Positions 62,201 through 64,000 of a stretch of DNA of 64,000 nt are shown in pieces (within the stretch, counting starts at the first letter, position 1; each line of letters starts with the position of its first letter). The notes under the pieces are model-generated. The model searched no databases. It worked only from the letters and a program-made list of their open reading frames with translations, and was not told the DNA's origin. The translations under genes were made by a program, and so were the position numbers. The stretch is from Paraphysomonas bandaiensis. Its lineage: Eukaryota > Protista > Chrysophyceae. Where the stretch lies: contig CBFFRP010000354.1 of the NCBI GenBank assembly GCA_965644295.1, positions 1-64,000 on the forward strand, given 5' to 3'.

Positions 62201-62676
62201 CCAGTGGTACACATAAAATTAATCCAGGTGTGCAGTCTCACCTGTTTTAGAGGAATATTTTATTTTTCTGTCAGGAAGACGACCTTCAAGACACCCGAAC
62301 AGGAGAGTATCTATAGGTGAGAAGAGTGGTCGTAGTCATGCGCTGTTTTATATATGTGCCAAACATTAGGTATAACTTCTGACCCCGTTGACTCTCAGAG
62401 TATGATATCCTTTTGGTCAGCCTCTGGCACAGGTATTTTTCACTTTTGTATATGCCAAACTTACAATAACACCTTTCAGAACGGCTGATGTCCGACATGT
62501 CCAACAAATACGGAGACGATGCCGCAACATATGCTACGGTTATGCAATTGCAGTTAAACGAGGCGAACAGACTCCTTGTAGAGGAAAGAGAGCGCAATGA
62601 AGCGCTGGCAAAGAACTTGAAAGAACTGAAAAAAGAACTAGAAGTATTAACACGAAACTTATCGTTAACAGATTGA
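59260..62676 (+). CDS. Two-pore channel (TPC)-like cation channel, 2x6TM, C-terminal coiled coil
   Basis: Two 6TM repeats with pore segments FSSLLKSL...FTAAGYP and NFDTFPKSLYTLFEIATFGDW. Probable in-frame intron ~61391-61441. The 3' exon structure beyond 62227 is approximate. Confidence 0.75.
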
Positions 62677-62990
62677 CTATTTATCTAAGATTGCTAAGCT
62701 CTAAGATTATGGTTTATGTATATGCAATAAACCAAGTAGAGTAACTTTCATATGCTGTGAGTTGCTGGTGCATAGTAGTGCCTCAGGGTGAAGTATTTTT
62801 GTTGTAGCCATTAATACCTCTTTAAATGAATAAATTCTTGTTAAAATTTCTTTAACGCTTTCGAGACACTACTACATAGTTGAGGCATAAAAAGAAAAGT
62901 AACCAGATCCATCATATTAGCATAATATTTTAGATTACAATTGTTCATACAGAGTACGGCACACACACATCAAAGACTTCAAATATATTA

Positions 62991-64000
62991 TCATTTAAAT
63001 TTACCAACTGTTAATATGGATTTCAGTTTCGACCAACTCGGCCGTCTTCCATTCTGCGATCCATGTCGATTTCTCTTTCCCCGCGCCTTCGCATTTCGAC
63101 CTTCTGCTTTAATATCCACTTCATTTTCCCGTTGATTGTCATCAGCAAGTGGTTCTGATGAATTACCAGGACCATCAGAATTCGTTGTAACCCCACGCAC
63201 TTCACACTCGTGACCATCACCTGTACAATGAAATAAAATTGTTAACACAGTTCACAGCAATTCGAAAATAATTATTTACTAAAAGTAGTAGCATCACATA
63301 ACCAGATGTATGAGGAAGGAACCTGTTTCAGAGTTATTGTCTATTCCGTATCGCGAATCCATTGACCTAAAATTATCAGGATAGTTCTGATCCGACAGTT
63401 GCTCATCTGTCTCATGATTTCGGCCATTTGCTCCTGATGAAACCATGTTATTCCACTCTACTGTACCGCCAGAGTCGCTCCGCGTACGCACATTGCTGTC
63501 TTCGCGGTTTCTGTCATACTGCTCACGCAGTTTAATGATGCATTCGCAGTCCCTATACACATGATTTTACTAGTTATCATGACTGCTATGTACGGGTCAT
63601 ATATCTATCCCGGCTACTGCCATATTAACAATGCCACGGCTACCTGTAGTCATCCTCTGACTGTGGTTCAGCGCCAGGGGGGTACAGACCTAGGGGGCAT
63701 AGCCAGGAGCTATCTCCAAGCAGCTCATTATAGTGATATGGATACCTATGAGGATTATATATATTACAACAACACGAGATGTGCCTAAGCACCAGTTTCA
63801 TTCCCAATATTACGCTAGCACACTGATACGTAGCAGTATACAGACACCTACCCGTCTTCAGTGGTATACACCACCCACGACTGTCGGACCCTATCCTGCA
63901 TCTCGTGGTCTGATAAATCACTAAGCTGAGAGTCGGCTCTCTGAAGACGAGAGTCATTTTTCTGGCCTACATTTTCTTTAGCAGTAACGCCACCAAAAGT
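62991..64000 (-). CDS. 3' part of a WW-domain protein (runs off the window)
   Basis: Splicing across ~63758-63853 gives WWVYTTEDGYPYHYNELLGDSSWLCP (WW signature). Further exons at ~63554-63322 and 63221-62991. Confidence 0.7.

Noticed and set aside
1-64000. tRNA or rRNA genes
   Set aside because: No cloverleaf with a T-loop in non-coding DNA and no rRNA signatures seen by eye. A tRNAscan-SE or Infernal run would be needed to exclude them.

Overview
Gene-dense window of a eukaryotic nuclear genome with very short GT-AG introns (mostly 44-64 bp). The gene content and the U2AF35 N-terminus suggest a protist, probably a stramenopile (inference). The first 4.3 kb is repeat DNA: a 234-bp dimeric satellite and a ~23-bp minisatellite containing a 5'-truncated LINE flanked by a 15-bp target-site duplication (TSD). 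About 20 genes follow, most of them in head-to-head pairs: acyl-CoA oxidase-like, HINT3-like, SMYD5-like, two sulfotransferase-like genes, a small Cys-rich membrane protein, an O-fucosyltransferase, a large beta-helix/EGF receptor-like TKL kinase, Bin3/MePCE, a pseudo-receiver protein, NDUFB7 (missed by the ORF track), U2AF35, a TPR protein, LysM-TLDc, a soluble adenylyl cyclase-STAND protein, F-box/LRR, a divergent two-pore channel and a partial WW protein. The strongest candidate for a new system is at 43258-47864 (-). Manual splicing there joins an anoctamin/TMEM16 domain in frame to an extended-synaptotagmin-type hydrophobic segment-SMP-C2-C2 module, giving a predicted single-chain scramblase plus lipid-transfer tether of about 1400 aa. 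The second candidate is a ~500-bp non-coding, tail-less repeat family with 5' truncations, 12-14 bp TSDs, self-nesting and a visible empty site, pointing to a non-autonomous retroelement. All gene models were spliced by eye and no database searches were run.
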